Below, piece after piece: positions 18,346-29,405 of a stretch of 64,000 nucleotides of DNA. Source of the DNA: a virus (taxonomy: Duplodnaviria > Caudoviricetes); IMG/VR virus record IMGVR_UViG_3300011337_000444, positions 6,383 through 70,382 of that record; one strand, written 5' to 3'. A program made the position numbers and the translations under genes. Position 1 is the first letter of the stretch, and each line of letters begins with the position of its first letter. The notes below the pieces were generated by a model. That model made no database searches. It saw only the letters and a list, made by a program, of their open reading frames with translations, and had not been told where the DNA came from.

Positions 18346-18986
18346 TATGAATAAGTATATGTTGCTCTATCATCCCAAACTTTATCAAAGTTGCTGTTAC
18401 CACTCGCATAAGTAGTAGTAGTTAAAGCACCTGCTACAACTATTTTTTTAATCTTCCATGCAGGAGTTCCGCTTAATGTTCCAGGTAAAGCATAACCTTC
18501 ATAAGTTGTTCCTGCTACCGGTACATCTACTCTTAACCTTTCTACATTATTTGTATCTACTGTTAGTACAGCAGGCACAATTTGTATCTTTTGGCTTTCG
18601 TATAATTGTGCATTAAACTTTTCTACACCTCCGTTTAATACTTTAAATAAACTTGGGCGTAGTTGCACATTTTCCTTGCCTACAATAGTTAACTTATAAA
18701 TGAACTTAACACCGTTTTGGTCTAGCTTAACAGTACCCTTAACCGTACTTGCTACCTCATCAACAGCAGTAATCTGTGCCTCTAATGCAGTAATAGTAGT
18801 AGCAAAATCCGTTGTAAATGCTTGTGAAATAGCAACACCATTTAAAGTAAACGATAAGGTATCTCCCGAAACTAATTCAGAAGTAAATAAAATATCCCAT
18901 CTATTTACACCTAATCTAATTCCACTATCTACAACAGTTCCATTTAAGTCCTGTCCTATTCTCCAAAATTGTTCTGAATCTATCAT
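18345..18986 (-). CDS. Virion/tail protein
   Basis: C-terminal GYALPG...AWKIKKI...NFDKVWDDRATYTYS is typical of fibre-associated proteins. Confidence 0.65.
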   Translation of the reverse strand: MIDSEQFWRIGQDLNGTVVDSGIRLGVNRWDILFTSELVSGDTLSFTLNGVAISQAFTTDFATTITALEAQITAVDEVASTVKGTVKLDQNGVKFIYKLTIVGKENVQLRPSLFKVLNGGVEKFNAQLYESQKIQIVPAVLTVDTNNVERLRVDVPVAGTTYEGYALPGTLSGTPAWKIKKIVVAGALTTTTYASGNSNFDKVWDDRATYTYS

Positions 18987-19033
18987 AATTTATTTTTTAT
19001 AAATTTCGGTTATAAAGTTACTAATTTTTTTTG

Positions 19034-22000
19034 TTATTTACGCTTTTCAAATAATAGATCAAGAACTCCTGTTCTTTTTTCATCCTCTTCTTTAAAACCT
19101 CTTTCCCTCTGTTTTTGTAACATTTGCATCATTTTAGCAGGCTCACCTTTACCTGATAATTTAAACATAGTGTACAAACCATCTATAAACGCTCCTTGTT
19201 TATCATTTTTATAAGATTCATATTGTTGTCTTATCAAAGTTTCTAAAGCCATTTCTCTAAGTATATCATCTCTCTCTACATTATCTAAAGGAGGCGACAT
19301 TACTTTGTAAACATCAGAAATAAAATCAGTACCTGCACCGATAACACCAGAATATTCCATTGGATTACTTGAATAAGGCAACCTTCCTTCATACTCCTCA
19401 TCAACATATTTTAAATGTAAATTTTCAAAAAGAGTATTAGTACCTAAAACAGTTAAGTCTTTTACAGGGCTTGGAAATTTACCTCCAAAGAATATATCTG
19501 TAAAAGCATTTATTCCTATTCTATAAGAAGCCTCTTCTAAAAACTGCTTATCCTTTAAAAGTTTTAATCTGTCTTTTTCTTCTTCATCTCTTGGATCTTC
19601 ATAACCTATCTCTTCCGCAGCAGTTTCGTATATTTGAGCGTATAACAACTTAACTATTTCAGACATTGCTCTAAATGTTATAATAGCCGAAGTAAAACCT
19701 ACAATTGCCTTTACACCATTAAATCTATCTTCAACGGTTACGTTTTTATTTGTTTCAAACATATCTAACAAAGCATTAGATGCAGCATGAGAAGCATTAG
19801 ATGCGTGAGATTGAAACATAAAGAATAAGTTAGCTAATATCTTATTATCCTTTCCAGAAAATAAATTACCCTGCTTACTTGTAGCTGATTCATTATTAAT
19901 CTCTGCCGATAACATATCTGCTATATGTGTATTCTTTTCATTCTTATTAAATATTAAATCATCTATACTCTTAACATCATAACCTTCTTTTTTTTGTTGG
20001 TTTATCATTGCTGTTATGTATGTCAATTGTGCAGCCATAATATCGGAATAAACCATTGCAACATCACCGATATTCAATGCTTTTTGTAAAGATATAGCAG
20101 AAGCTACTTTAGAATCTTTAAATCCTGGTATCATTCGTAATGGCTCTGAATATAGTTTCTGTAAAAATCTATAAGTACCACTATCAGTCAAAGCAAAACT
20201 TTTTTGCCTGTTTAACGATTGTGCAATTTGTTCATCACCTAAAGGGGCTCTGTTTCTTACATCTGAACCATCTAACAATTGTCTTATTTTATCTCTACCT
20301 TTTTCTGATGCTAAATTATTAGCGTAAAAAGCTAATCCTTGTGTAAAATCTTTTGCGCCAAATCTTGATAAAGTATGAAATAAAACTGTTGGTTGTTTTA
20401 CAACTTGTCCAGTTGTATTTAATATCGACTTTTTTATGTTTGATAAAACATCCGTAGTTTTCTTACTAAGGCTTCGTGAATTATCTAACTTAGACTGTTG
20501 TACAGAAGTTTCATTATTAATCCAATTAGCAATCCTTTGGTATAAATAAGAGTATGTTTCTGTCATATTCTTATCTTTAAAATTCTCATAAAAAGATTCA
20601 GCTTGTAACAACGCATCTAATTCAATTACAGAACCTCTCGTGAACATATCATAGTAGTTTTCTAAAACTCTTGATTGCGTTACACCAGTAAAGTCAAAAT
20701 CTAAAATCTTATCTGTTCCTACTGATGCAGGATTTACTTTTTTAAATACCGTACCTGATTGTGGATCTCTTATTACATTTAAATTATTAAATGCTTCTTC
20801 CGCAACAGACTTATCCGCTTTTGCTCCTACTTCGTTTTTTAAATAAGAAGTTGAAGTATAATAATCTTCTTCAATAAAAGCATTACCGTTAAATAAAATA
20901 TTAGAAGCAATCAACATTGGTTTTTGTTTCTCGTATTCATTTTTCGCTAAATCAAATACCCTTTGTTGTTTTTCACTAAATACTTCACCATTGTTGTAAG
21001 CATTTACATAATCCTCATAGGTATCAAATTTATTTATGAAATCTAATGATTCTTGATATTGGTTAGCTCTAATTTCTGCTGATTTCTTTTTATTTCTACT
21101 AGAGTCTTTTGATTCAGATATTCTTCTTAATTCATCTATATCTCTTTGTAGTTTTTCTTTTTTATTCTCGAATAGTAATTGTGCATCAATCTCGCTTAAT
21201 CCTTTTGGTGAAGTTAAAAAATAAGCTTTAGCTCCTAAGTCGTAATTTTCACTTGAACTAACTTCAAATTTTAAAGCCTCCTCAAAGTTTTTATTGAATT
21301 TTTTATATTCAGTTTTAGCAAGGTTAATACCTACGTTAACTTTACTTATAATTTCAGCACTTATTTTTTGCCCTGTTGAACCTACAAAAATTCTTTTAAA
21401 CGCCTGACCTAATGTTAATCCTTGATACTTACCCTTATTTGGCGTTAATACTGATTTAATAACATTACTAAATTCTCTAAACGAATCTTTTATTAACTGT
21501 TTATTTTCGTTAGCTTTTAAAACACCAGACATTTGATTAGCAACAAAACCAAGTTTTGCTAAACTATCAAAATTCATTAATTCAGAATGTAACTGATTAA
21601 TTTCTTTTAACTGAATATCACTAAGGTTTTTTAACTCGCCTGTGTCTATTAATTTTCTTAAAGCAGGAATTAATATCTTGTTAAAAGTATCTATTTCTAA
21701 AACAGTTTTACCAGCACTAGATGTACTACTACCTATTTTATAATTAAATAATTCATCAATATTCTCTTCTGTTAACTTTTCTAAATCAGCTCTTTTTTCA
21801 TCTCTTTTAATACCTCTATTTTGAATATTTCTTTCCTTTGCACGTTGCTCTTCTGGCAACATTATCATATCTATATATTCTTTCTCTGATAAAGTGGTAT
21901 TAGGATTATTTTTTTTATATTCCTCGTATCGTTTTTGTATTAAAGCCTTTCTTTTATCATTAGTATAATTTTCTGATTCTGTTTCTGCTTTTTTTATAAT

Positions 22001-25000
22001 AGAATTTAATTGACTATCATTATAAGATAAATTTGAACTTCCTGATAAGTAACTTTTAATATCTTCTAAAGCATTTAATAATTCTGTTTTAGTTGTAGTG
22101 GTTAAATGATTAGCTTCAATATTCGCTAAAGTTTGAAATACCATTAATTGTTTCTTTGGTATATTCTTAAATTTCTTAATAGCCTTTTGTAAACTATTTA
22201 TATCTTCATTAACTTTAAAATCAACAGCTTTAGTAACTATCTGTTCTATTTGTTGTGTTAAATCATAAATACCACTAAGGTTGTTTAAGTTTGCTTTTTG
22301 AAAAGCATTAGTTATTGAAGAAACTTGTGATGTGGTAAATTTAACTCCTTTTGTTGTAACACCACTCATAGCATTTAAGAAAATGTTTCTTAAAATAGTA
22401 GCTTGTTGTTTATCCTTTAATATCAAATCTGATAATTGATTAAACAATGATTTAATGTTACCACCTCCTTTTGTATTTAAATTATTATTAGTAACTTCAT
22501 TTTTTTTATTTGTTTCCTGTATCTTATTTATAGTAGGTTGACTACTTTCTAAAACATCAACTTTTTGTTTATTAGATTCTAACTCTTTTAACTCAGCTTG
22601 TTTTTGAGCTATTTGAGCATCGTATTTAGCGCTGATTTCTTTTTTTGATTTTTTACCGTTTTGGTATAATAAATAATTGTCTGCGTCTTCTGCGTCAACA
22701 TTTAATATTTCTTCTTTAGTGTAGACAACACGATTTACAACTTTATCTATCGTAACTTTTCTACCATTATAATTAATTACATTCCCTGGTTTAAATAACT
22801 CATCTATCGTTATCTGATTATCAAACTCTTCTCGCTTTTCTTTCTCTAATCTTTCTATATCAGCTTTAATTTTATTTACTTTAGTATTATCTGTTTGTTT
22901 AGATTCGTTAGATTCTTTTAAAGTGTTTTTTTGATTTTCTACCGATTCTGAAATAAAATCAATAACAGCACCTTCAAATGTTTCCATTCTCTTAGCTCTA
23001 GTTTTTTCTAAACCATCTAAATCTTTATAAAGTTTTTCAGCAAATGTTTTAGCATCTATAATACCATACTTATTAGCTATTTTTTCTATTGAAGCTAAAG
23101 TAGGTAAAGAAGTAATTTGTGTTTTATACAAATGTTTTATTCTATCTCTAACATTTTGCTTAACCTTACTTTGTTGTAACTTAGTTATAGGATTTTTTAA
23201 ATCTGCTATTTGTTTAATATCTGTGGTTGCTTTAGTTAATTGTGCAACAATATCATTAATTTCCTGTGCTGTTTTTCCTTTTAGTATATCACTATTTTTA
23301 AACTTAGTAATAGCCTTATTAAAACCATCCATAAAATTAGCACTTGTTTTTAACGTAGCACTTAATGTTTTTAAGAAAGCTTTTGCGATTAATGGTTCTA
23401 CACCGAATATTGTTGAATAAGTATTATTGCTCATCTTATCCGCCATCTTATCTATCTTACTAGCAATATCTCTTAATACATCTGATGAGGTTTTTTTATC
23501 AGAGGTTAAAGCCGATTCTAATTGTGCAACCTCCTTTTTTGCCTCATCTAATCCTGCTTCTTTTTTTATTGCATCTAAGTTTTCTTTTATCTCTGAATTT
23601 AACCTATTCGTTGCTTCCGTTGTTGAATATAATCCACTTGCTACACCTTTAGCATACTTTTCAGTTAATGCCTTTACAGTAGGTGAATTAGATAATACTC
23701 TATCGTATAATGTTTCAGGATCCATTCCTAATTGTGTAGCATCATTACTTAACGCATCAATATTGGATTGTCCTGTTTTAGATTGTTCTGTCTTTATCTT
23801 TACCTTATCAGCTAATCCTTCTTCTTTCAAATTAGGCTCTTTCACTAATTGTGCAACCTCATCTTTACCTAAATTATTATCTTTAGCGAATTGGTAAACT
23901 TCCGATTGTTTTTCAGTAGAAACACTATTACCAATAATAGACAACACACCTGCTTGATTAGGATTGCTTTTTAGCTCCTCTGTTAAACTTTCGTTCAAAC
24001 TTGATAATCCATACAACTCCGCTTCTTTTGGTTTGCTTAAATCTAAGTTTTCTTTTAACGTAGGATTAGCCTTAACCAATTCAACCGCATCAATAGTTTT
24101 ATCCGTATCCTCTAATTTGTTTTTTAAATCACCTATCTTATATGCTTCCTCTAAACTATTCGCCTTTACAAAGTTTACATCCACACTAGCAACACCATCT
24201 TCCATTGCAGTTGCAACACGCTTAGTACCATTGATTACATGAAGTTCATTTGTTTCTGTATCTTGCCATACATCAATTACTCCTGCTTTTTTTCTATCAA
24301 ATGTTTCTGCAACCGGTTTAGCTTCATCTACTACTAATTGTTCTGTTGGTACTCTTAATTGTGTACCCTCCTCAACTTTTTCTGTTACAGTAGTTACTAT
24401 TCCCTCTTCTGTACGTACACTTTCGCCTACGTATGTTTCCAGTAACTTACCTTCATCCTCGCCTTTCAACACCTTTAAATCATCATCCATTTCCTTTTTA
24501 GTTACGTATGGTAAATCTGCCGGAGCTAACTCTTCTTGTTCTTGAACAGTTCGTTTTATATCTAACTCCTCCTCCGTTAATGGTTTGTAACCTAACTTCT
24601 CACGTAAAACAATTTCTTGTTCTACTGTCATATTACTTGCGATTAATTGTCCTCCTTTTCCATCAGGATATAACCTATCTGATTTTGTTTGTGCTTCGGC
24701 TTTTAATTGTGCAATAACATCATCAGGATCAACTCCCATTTCGGACATTACACCCTCCATTGCTTTTACTGTTTCTGAATTAGGGTTTACCTCCTTCGCT
24801 TTTTTATATGAACCTACCAATAAAACTTTTGCGTTTTTACCCATAGACATCATACCCATTGCAAACGTTAACTCAAATTTCTCTATTCCCTCTTCTCTTG
24901 ATTTACCAAATGTAGCATCTAAAGTTTCTTGACTTATTCCTGTTTTTGTAAAGTTATCAAACAAATCCCCTGCATATTCCTCTACGGTAATACCAGTAGC

Positions 25001-26908
25001 ACCCACTAATGATTTTGTAAAGAAATTAATAATTGGGTTTAATGGCTTTAGTTTTCCTGTTACTTTGTTAAATACTAATTGTGCAGCCTCCTCTGCACTA
25101 CCCATAGCAAAACTCGTTTCTTCACTAGCTAATTCAAAGTTAACACCCGAAATTATTACATCAGCTATCTTCTTAAATTTACCACCTTTATCATACATAG
25201 CAAATACTTTAGGCAACATTCCTGCACCTCTTGCTAATGTTCCTGCACCACCTGTTAATATACTTGTTCCTGCTATTTGCGCTCCTAAGATAGTTGTAGT
25301 ACCAAGTACACCTCCGAATTTTTCAGAAATAGTAGGTTCTAATTGTTTATCAGCATCTTTTAAATTAATACCTACTTCCTTTAATTTTTCATTTAACATC
25401 CTTGCTTGATTCTTTTCAGAAGTTGAAGTCATATTAAACTCACCTAATATAGCATCAGAATAACCTTGTGATAAATCTCTAAATACATTTAAAGTTTTTT
25501 CTATCTTAGTTTCATCAGGCTTTATAGCTTTCTTAGTTATATCCTCATTCAAAAATAAAGCATTGCTTAACGCCAATACTTCTGCTTTAGCTAAGTTTCG
25601 TTCTCTATCTAAGTTGCTTAATTTAGCGTTTTGTTTAGTTAATTGTGCATCCGTTAAAATTCTACCACCTTCACGCTCCGCATCTCTTATACCTCTTGCT
25701 TCCTTCTCTAAATAGTTTAACTTATACGTAGCATCAGTCAAAGCACCTTTTAACTTCATGTAATCATTCTCATACTTTGAAGTAAAGCTTTCTTGTGTTA
25801 CTGTCTTTCCAGTTTCTTTGTTTATTACATTAGCAAATTCATCAAATAACTTATTGTTATTACCTCTTATCTTATCTACTTCTTTAGATAGTCTTTGGGA
25901 TTCTTTTAAATCTTTTTCAAATTGTGCAACCTCCTTGGGATTAATAACCATTGAACCCTTACCTGTTTCATCTGCACCTTGTTGTTGTTGCATAAAGGAT
26001 TTACCCTTATACGCATTTAATCTATCCATTACACTTGAATACTCGTCAACAACCTTTCTATCGTTATCCTCTAAACCCATTAAACTAAAAGAAAGATTTT
26101 TATTCTTCTCAAAGTTCATTTCTTTAGCTTTATTCAATAACTCTATATTCTGTGTGTATGCAGTTATATCTTTGAAATCCTTTGGAGCAGGAGCGTATTT
26201 GTTAATCAAATCTAATGAAGATTCTAAATCCTTACGCTTAAATTCTTTTACTGTTTCGTCTAAATATTTAGCCTTAGCTCTATCAACTTCCTCTTCTGTT
26301 AACTTATATTTTTCAGCTAACCTTTGTCCACCATCAAACATAGTTAACTCATTGTCGCCTTCAAATATGGATTTTAAATCCTCTTTAGGAATTAAGTTTA
26401 ATCTACGTTGTAAATCTTGTTCAGGCTTTGCTTCTTGTATTTCTTTTGCTCTTGCTTTTTCTTCAATATTAGGTGCATAGGTTTCACCAACAGACATAGC
26501 TTCTTGCTTTGCCTGTTCCATTTTTTCTTCCTTTGTTGCTACACCTTTAAAGGCTTGCTCGGTTTCCTTATCAACATCCCAATTAATGTTAGTTGATTTT
26601 TGTTTCCTCTCTAAAGCAAGTTTAGATTCTTGTTTCTTCTCTTCTAGCTGACCTAACTTCTGCCCTCTAGCTAAAGCCTTTTTCTCCTCTAAACTAAGTG
26701 GTTTTGTAGTACCCGAAGATTGTTCCTTCTTCGTTGCGCTTATACCCGAAGAAGATTCTTCCGTACTCGAATCCGATTGAGATTGACTTTTTTTTTTAGA
26801 TAATTCCTCTTCTAAGAAAGAATCTAAAAAATCTTTTTCACTTGTATTACTTTTTAATTCTTCTTCTAAAAAAGAATCTAAAAAATCTTTGGAGTTATTT
26901 TCAGGCAT
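19034..26908 (-). CDS. Giant (2624 aa) virion cargo/ejection protein with a degenerate ParB-like domain
   Basis: Mostly helical and K/E-rich; sits where crAss-like cargo genes lie; ParB-like segment at about 24070..24303; N-terminal KDFLDSFLEEEL occurs twice. Confidence 0.75.
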   Translation of the reverse strand: MPENNSKDFLDSFLEEELKSNTSEKDFLDSFLEEELSKKKSQSQSDSSTEESSSGISATKKEQSSGTTKPLSLEEKKALARGQKLGQLEEKKQESKLALERKQKSTNINWDVDKETEQAFKGVATKEEKMEQAKQEAMSVGETYAPNIEEKARAKEIQEAKPEQDLQRRLNLIPKEDLKSIFEGDNELTMFDGGQRLAEKYKLTEEEVDRAKAKYLDETVKEFKRKDLESSLDLINKYAPAPKDFKDITAYTQNIELLNKAKEMNFEKNKNLSFSLMGLEDNDRKVVDEYSSVMDRLNAYKGKSFMQQQQGADETGKGSMVINPKEVAQFEKDLKESQRLSKEVDKIRGNNNKLFDEFANVINKETGKTVTQESFTSKYENDYMKLKGALTDATYKLNYLEKEARGIRDAEREGGRILTDAQLTKQNAKLSNLDRERNLAKAEVLALSNALFLNEDITKKAIKPDETKIEKTLNVFRDLSQGYSDAILGEFNMTSTSEKNQARMLNEKLKEVGINLKDADKQLEPTISEKFGGVLGTTTILGAQIAGTSILTGGAGTLARGAGMLPKVFAMYDKGGKFKKIADVIISGVNFELASEETSFAMGSAEEAAQLVFNKVTGKLKPLNPIINFFTKSLVGATGITVEEYAGDLFDNFTKTGISQETLDATFGKSREEGIEKFELTFAMGMMSMGKNAKVLLVGSYKKAKEVNPNSETVKAMEGVMSEMGVDPDDVIAQLKAEAQTKSDRLYPDGKGGQLIASNMTVEQEIVLREKLGYKPLTEEELDIKRTVQEQEELAPADLPYVTKKEMDDDLKVLKGEDEGKLLETYVGESVRTEEGIVTTVTEKVEEGTQLRVPTEQLVVDEAKPVAETFDRKKAGVIDVWQDTETNELHVINGTKRVATAMEDGVASVDVNFVKANSLEEAYKIGDLKNKLEDTDKTIDAVELVKANPTLKENLDLSKPKEAELYGLSSLNESLTEELKSNPNQAGVLSIIGNSVSTEKQSEVYQFAKDNNLGKDEVAQLVKEPNLKEEGLADKVKIKTEQSKTGQSNIDALSNDATQLGMDPETLYDRVLSNSPTVKALTEKYAKGVASGLYSTTEATNRLNSEIKENLDAIKKEAGLDEAKKEVAQLESALTSDKKTSSDVLRDIASKIDKMADKMSNNTYSTIFGVEPLIAKAFLKTLSATLKTSANFMDGFNKAITKFKNSDILKGKTAQEINDIVAQLTKATTDIKQIADLKNPITKLQQSKVKQNVRDRIKHLYKTQITSLPTLASIEKIANKYGIIDAKTFAEKLYKDLDGLEKTRAKRMETFEGAVIDFISESVENQKNTLKESNESKQTDNTKVNKIKADIERLEKEKREEFDNQITIDELFKPGNVINYNGRKVTIDKVVNRVVYTKEEILNVDAEDADNYLLYQNGKKSKKEISAKYDAQIAQKQAELKELESNKQKVDVLESSQPTINKIQETNKKNEVTNNNLNTKGGGNIKSLFNQLSDLILKDKQQATILRNIFLNAMSGVTTKGVKFTTSQVSSITNAFQKANLNNLSGIYDLTQQIEQIVTKAVDFKVNEDINSLQKAIKKFKNIPKKQLMVFQTLANIEANHLTTTTKTELLNALEDIKSYLSGSSNLSYNDSQLNSIIKKAETESENYTNDKRKALIQKRYEEYKKNNPNTTLSEKEYIDMIMLPEEQRAKERNIQNRGIKRDEKRADLEKLTEENIDELFNYKIGSSTSSAGKTVLEIDTFNKILIPALRKLIDTGELKNLSDIQLKEINQLHSELMNFDSLAKLGFVANQMSGVLKANENKQLIKDSFREFSNVIKSVLTPNKGKYQGLTLGQAFKRIFVGSTGQKISAEIISKVNVGINLAKTEYKKFNKNFEEALKFEVSSSENYDLGAKAYFLTSPKGLSEIDAQLLFENKKEKLQRDIDELRRISESKDSSRNKKKSAEIRANQYQESLDFINKFDTYEDYVNAYNNGEVFSEKQQRVFDLAKNEYEKQKPMLIASNILFNGNAFIEEDYYTSTSYLKNEVGAKADKSVAEEAFNNLNVIRDPQSGTVFKKVNPASVGTDKILDFDFTGVTQSRVLENYYDMFTRGSVIELDALLQAESFYENFKDKNMTETYSYLYQRIANWINNETSVQQSKLDNSRSLSKKTTDVLSNIKKSILNTTGQVVKQPTVLFHTLSRFGAKDFTQGLAFYANNLASEKGRDKIRQLLDGSDVRNRAPLGDEQIAQSLNRQKSFALTDSGTYRFLQKLYSEPLRMIPGFKDSKVASAISLQKALNIGDVAMVYSDIMAAQLTYITAMINQQKKEGYDVKSIDDLIFNKNEKNTHIADMLSAEINNESATSKQGNLFSGKDNKILANLFFMFQSHASNASHAASNALLDMFETNKNVTVEDRFNGVKAIVGFTSAIITFRAMSEIVKLLYAQIYETAAEEIGYEDPRDEEEKDRLKLLKDKQFLEEASYRIGINAFTDIFFGGKFPSPVKDLTVLGTNTLFENLHLKYVDEEYEGRLPYSSNPMEYSGVIGAGTDFISDVYKVMSPPLDNVERDDILREMALETLIRQQYESYKNDKQGAFIDGLYTMFKLSGKGEPAKMMQMLQKQRERGFKEEDEKRTGVLDLLFEKRK

Positions 26909-26920
26909 AAATTGTTTATT

Positions 26921-28615
26921 TTATTTTTTACTTTCAGCTCTTATTATAAAGGTTTCAAATGATTCTATATTTTGCTTTTTTTCTTCTTCTGTTTGTTTTT
27001 TATTGTATTCAACTACTTTTGTTTTATACTTGTTATATGATTCCAAATATTGCTTTTTCATATCATCAGTTACTTTGATTTGCTTCTGTGTACTATCAGG
27101 TGCTTTTTTTGTTTGTGTAGGTTGATTAGTTTCACCCTTTTTTCTTTTTAAACCCTCTGTATAAGAATAACTAGTTAATAAGTCTTTTGATTCAGCTTGG
27201 CTCTCTAATCTTTGCATTTCTTTAATAGCTGTATTCTTACTTTGCATATACCCCCTAAACTCCCTGTAAGGAAGCCCTAACAAAACATTACTTTGCTTAC
27301 CTTTCTTAACCTCCTTTTGATAATCACCAACGACTATTGGCTCAAAAGATATATTTTCATCAGAAAATTTTAAACCTCTAAATTCACCTTTTTCTAACAT
27401 ATCATCACTAACAACAGTGTTAGATAAATCAATAGTTCTTTTCTTACCCTTTTTATCTGTAAATGTAACAGTTGTACCTTCTTTAAATACTGGTAAATTT
27501 TGAATAGAGTTGGCTTTAAATTTAGAAGAGCCTTGGTCTTTGAACAATCTATCAAAAATATTATCTTTATCACCTAGCTCAAAACCTTCATCACTTAAAT
27601 TATATTCCCCTTTTTTATCTTTTTTAGCTTGATAAGCTCCTCTTAAACCAATTAAGACGCCTCCTTTTTGTTTTAAAAAGTTTGGTTGGAACTCCGCATC
27701 TTCTGTTACATTAAATGTTGTACCATATAAACTTGTTGTTTTATCATCTGTAAAACCATAAACACCCTCTCCGCTACCAACTTTTTGTGAAAAATCAAAT
27801 TGTTGGTTTGGTTTTATCTCATAAGGAACTTGATTTATTAATTCTGATTGTGAAGGTTTATCTGGTGTTTTTACATTTTTCTTTAACTCAAGATTACCAT
27901 AATCGTAAACTGCTTGTTTAAACTCATCTAAACTTCCGTACGTTTGTTTCATTTTAGAATTACCATCATTCCACATTCTATTCGCCCAATTATCCATTGC
28001 ATCTTTAGATGTTTTTTCTACTTGGTCGTAATTATAATTACCAAACTCATCTTTCTTAGAACTTTGCGTTATTGTGTTTATTAATTTACTAACTTCTGGT
28101 TGCATAAATTGTTTTTCATATTTAGCCATACTAAAGCTAGGTACTAATTGAAACTTGCTAAAGTCATAATCACCTGGTGATTCTACAAACTGTTGAATTG
28201 TTTTTCTTGACTCTTCTTGATCCCACTTTTCTCCTCCTTGTTCTAAAGAAAATAAATATTTTGATGTTTGTTGTTCAGCTAATTTAGCGTTATACACAAG
28301 TGCTTTTAAATCTGTAATCTTTTTCTTATATTCTAAAGCCTCGTTAGTATTTCCTTTTATAATATTTCTAGGATTATCTTGTGCATATTTTTGTAATTCA
28401 AGTATTTTTTCTTGAACCAATGGTTGATCTCTAAACCATACACCGCTATCTATTGATTCTAATTGTTTATCAATAGCTTTCTTACCTTCCTTATCCTCTT
28501 TTATTAACCTAGCTGTTTCTTCCTTAAAAACAGGGTTGTATGTACTATCAAATACTTGTGCAAAACCTCTGCCTTGCCCTTGTGATACCCCTAATGAATC
28601 TGCTTCTTCAAACAT
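26921..28615 (-). CDS. Putative cargo/ejection protein
   Basis: 564 aa, hydrophilic, between the pilot-like and giant genes. Confidence 0.6.
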   Translation of the reverse strand: MFEEADSLGVSQGQGRGFAQVFDSTYNPVFKEETARLIKEDKEGKKAIDKQLESIDSGVWFRDQPLVQEKILELQKYAQDNPRNIIKGNTNEALEYKKKITDLKALVYNAKLAEQQTSKYLFSLEQGGEKWDQEESRKTIQQFVESPGDYDFSKFQLVPSFSMAKYEKQFMQPEVSKLINTITQSSKKDEFGNYNYDQVEKTSKDAMDNWANRMWNDGNSKMKQTYGSLDEFKQAVYDYGNLELKKNVKTPDKPSQSELINQVPYEIKPNQQFDFSQKVGSGEGVYGFTDDKTTSLYGTTFNVTEDAEFQPNFLKQKGGVLIGLRGAYQAKKDKKGEYNLSDEGFELGDKDNIFDRLFKDQGSSKFKANSIQNLPVFKEGTTVTFTDKKGKKRTIDLSNTVVSDDMLEKGEFRGLKFSDENISFEPIVVGDYQKEVKKGKQSNVLLGLPYREFRGYMQSKNTAIKEMQRLESQAESKDLLTSYSYTEGLKRKKGETNQPTQTKKAPDSTQKQIKVTDDMKKQYLESYNKYKTKVVEYNKKQTEEEKKQNIESFETFIIRAESKK

Positions 28616-28618
28616 AGT

Positions 28619-29404
28619 TTATTTATAATTTAAAGCCCATAAAGGAACATTATTACTTTGAACAGGCGGAAAAATTGTACCGTAATCTTCTTGTAGAGAA
28701 CCAATATCGTTTACCGATTGTTGTTGCGATAAATTAATATTACCTCCTGTATATGGATTTAATTGATTTATGCTTAATTGTGGAGTGTTAGGAGTTACAG
28801 TATTATTATTTCTTTTAAATAAATCCCTAACATTTAATCCATCACCTCCTGAAAGACTATCAAGCATAGAATAGTCAACTAACATACGTGAAGCATCAGT
28901 AAATCCTCCCATAGCATTCTGCATACCCGAACCAATTAATCCTTCTGCCATACGCATTTTGTTTAAGAATGGCTCGTATTCGTTTAATTGGAATTGTGTA
29001 TCCCTCTGCCTTCCCATTTCAGCTCTTTGTGCTGTTAATAAATTTTGATTCTGCAATCTCATTTGAGAATCTTGCATAGCTAATCTATTCAATGAATCTA
29101 ACTCACCTTGGTATAACTGTGGAATACCTGCGATACCTGCTCTCCTATCTCCCAAACCTCTTACAGCTTGTTGCTGACTTCTCTGCATATCTTGTATAAA
29201 CAAATTTCTTTGTTCCTCTGGCATACCTTCCAAAGCTTGTACTTGTGCTTGTGTTAAGTTAGCAATAACCTCTTGTGGTATCTGCCTCATAGGTCGTTTA
29301 GTTTCCCTTAACGCCTTTCTTCCTGCTAAAAATTGTGCGATACCAGTACCTGTTTTTACTGCTGCAGGTATCCCTACTAATAAGCCCATTGTTAACGGAT
29401 CCAT
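28619..29404 (-). CDS. Putative pilot/ejection protein
   Basis: Gly/Ala-rich hydrophobic N-terminus and Gln-rich coiled coil, as in podovirus internal proteins. Confidence 0.65.
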   Translation of the reverse strand: MDPLTMGLLVGIPAAVKTGTGIAQFLAGRKALRETKRPMRQIPQEVIANLTQAQVQALEGMPEEQRNLFIQDMQRSQQQAVRGLGDRRAGIAGIPQLYQGELDSLNRLAMQDSQMRLQNQNLLTAQRAEMGRQRDTQFQLNEYEPFLNKMRMAEGLIGSGMQNAMGGFTDASRMLVDYSMLDSLSGGDGLNVRDLFKRNNNTVTPNTPQLSINQLNPYTGGNINLSQQQSVNDIGSLQEDYGTIFPPVQSNNVPLWALNYK

Positions 29405-29405
29405 A

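Noticed and set aside
23223-26480. Plus-strand ORFs overlapping the giant gene, and similar antisense ORFs such as 7929..8363, 37851..38303, 43525..44208 and 44863..45246
   Set aside because: They are Ser/Leu/Phe-rich antisense shadows of long genes with biased codon usage, with no leaders or motifs
26811-26890. 57-bp tandem repeat at the start of the giant gene as a regulatory element
   Set aside because: It is explained by an in-frame peptide duplication (KDFLDSFLEEEL twice)
19034-26908. Virion RNA polymerase, as in Crassvirales
   Set aside because: No DxDxD/DFDID catalytic motif was found in the translation; DFDFT is the closest match and lacks the third Asp
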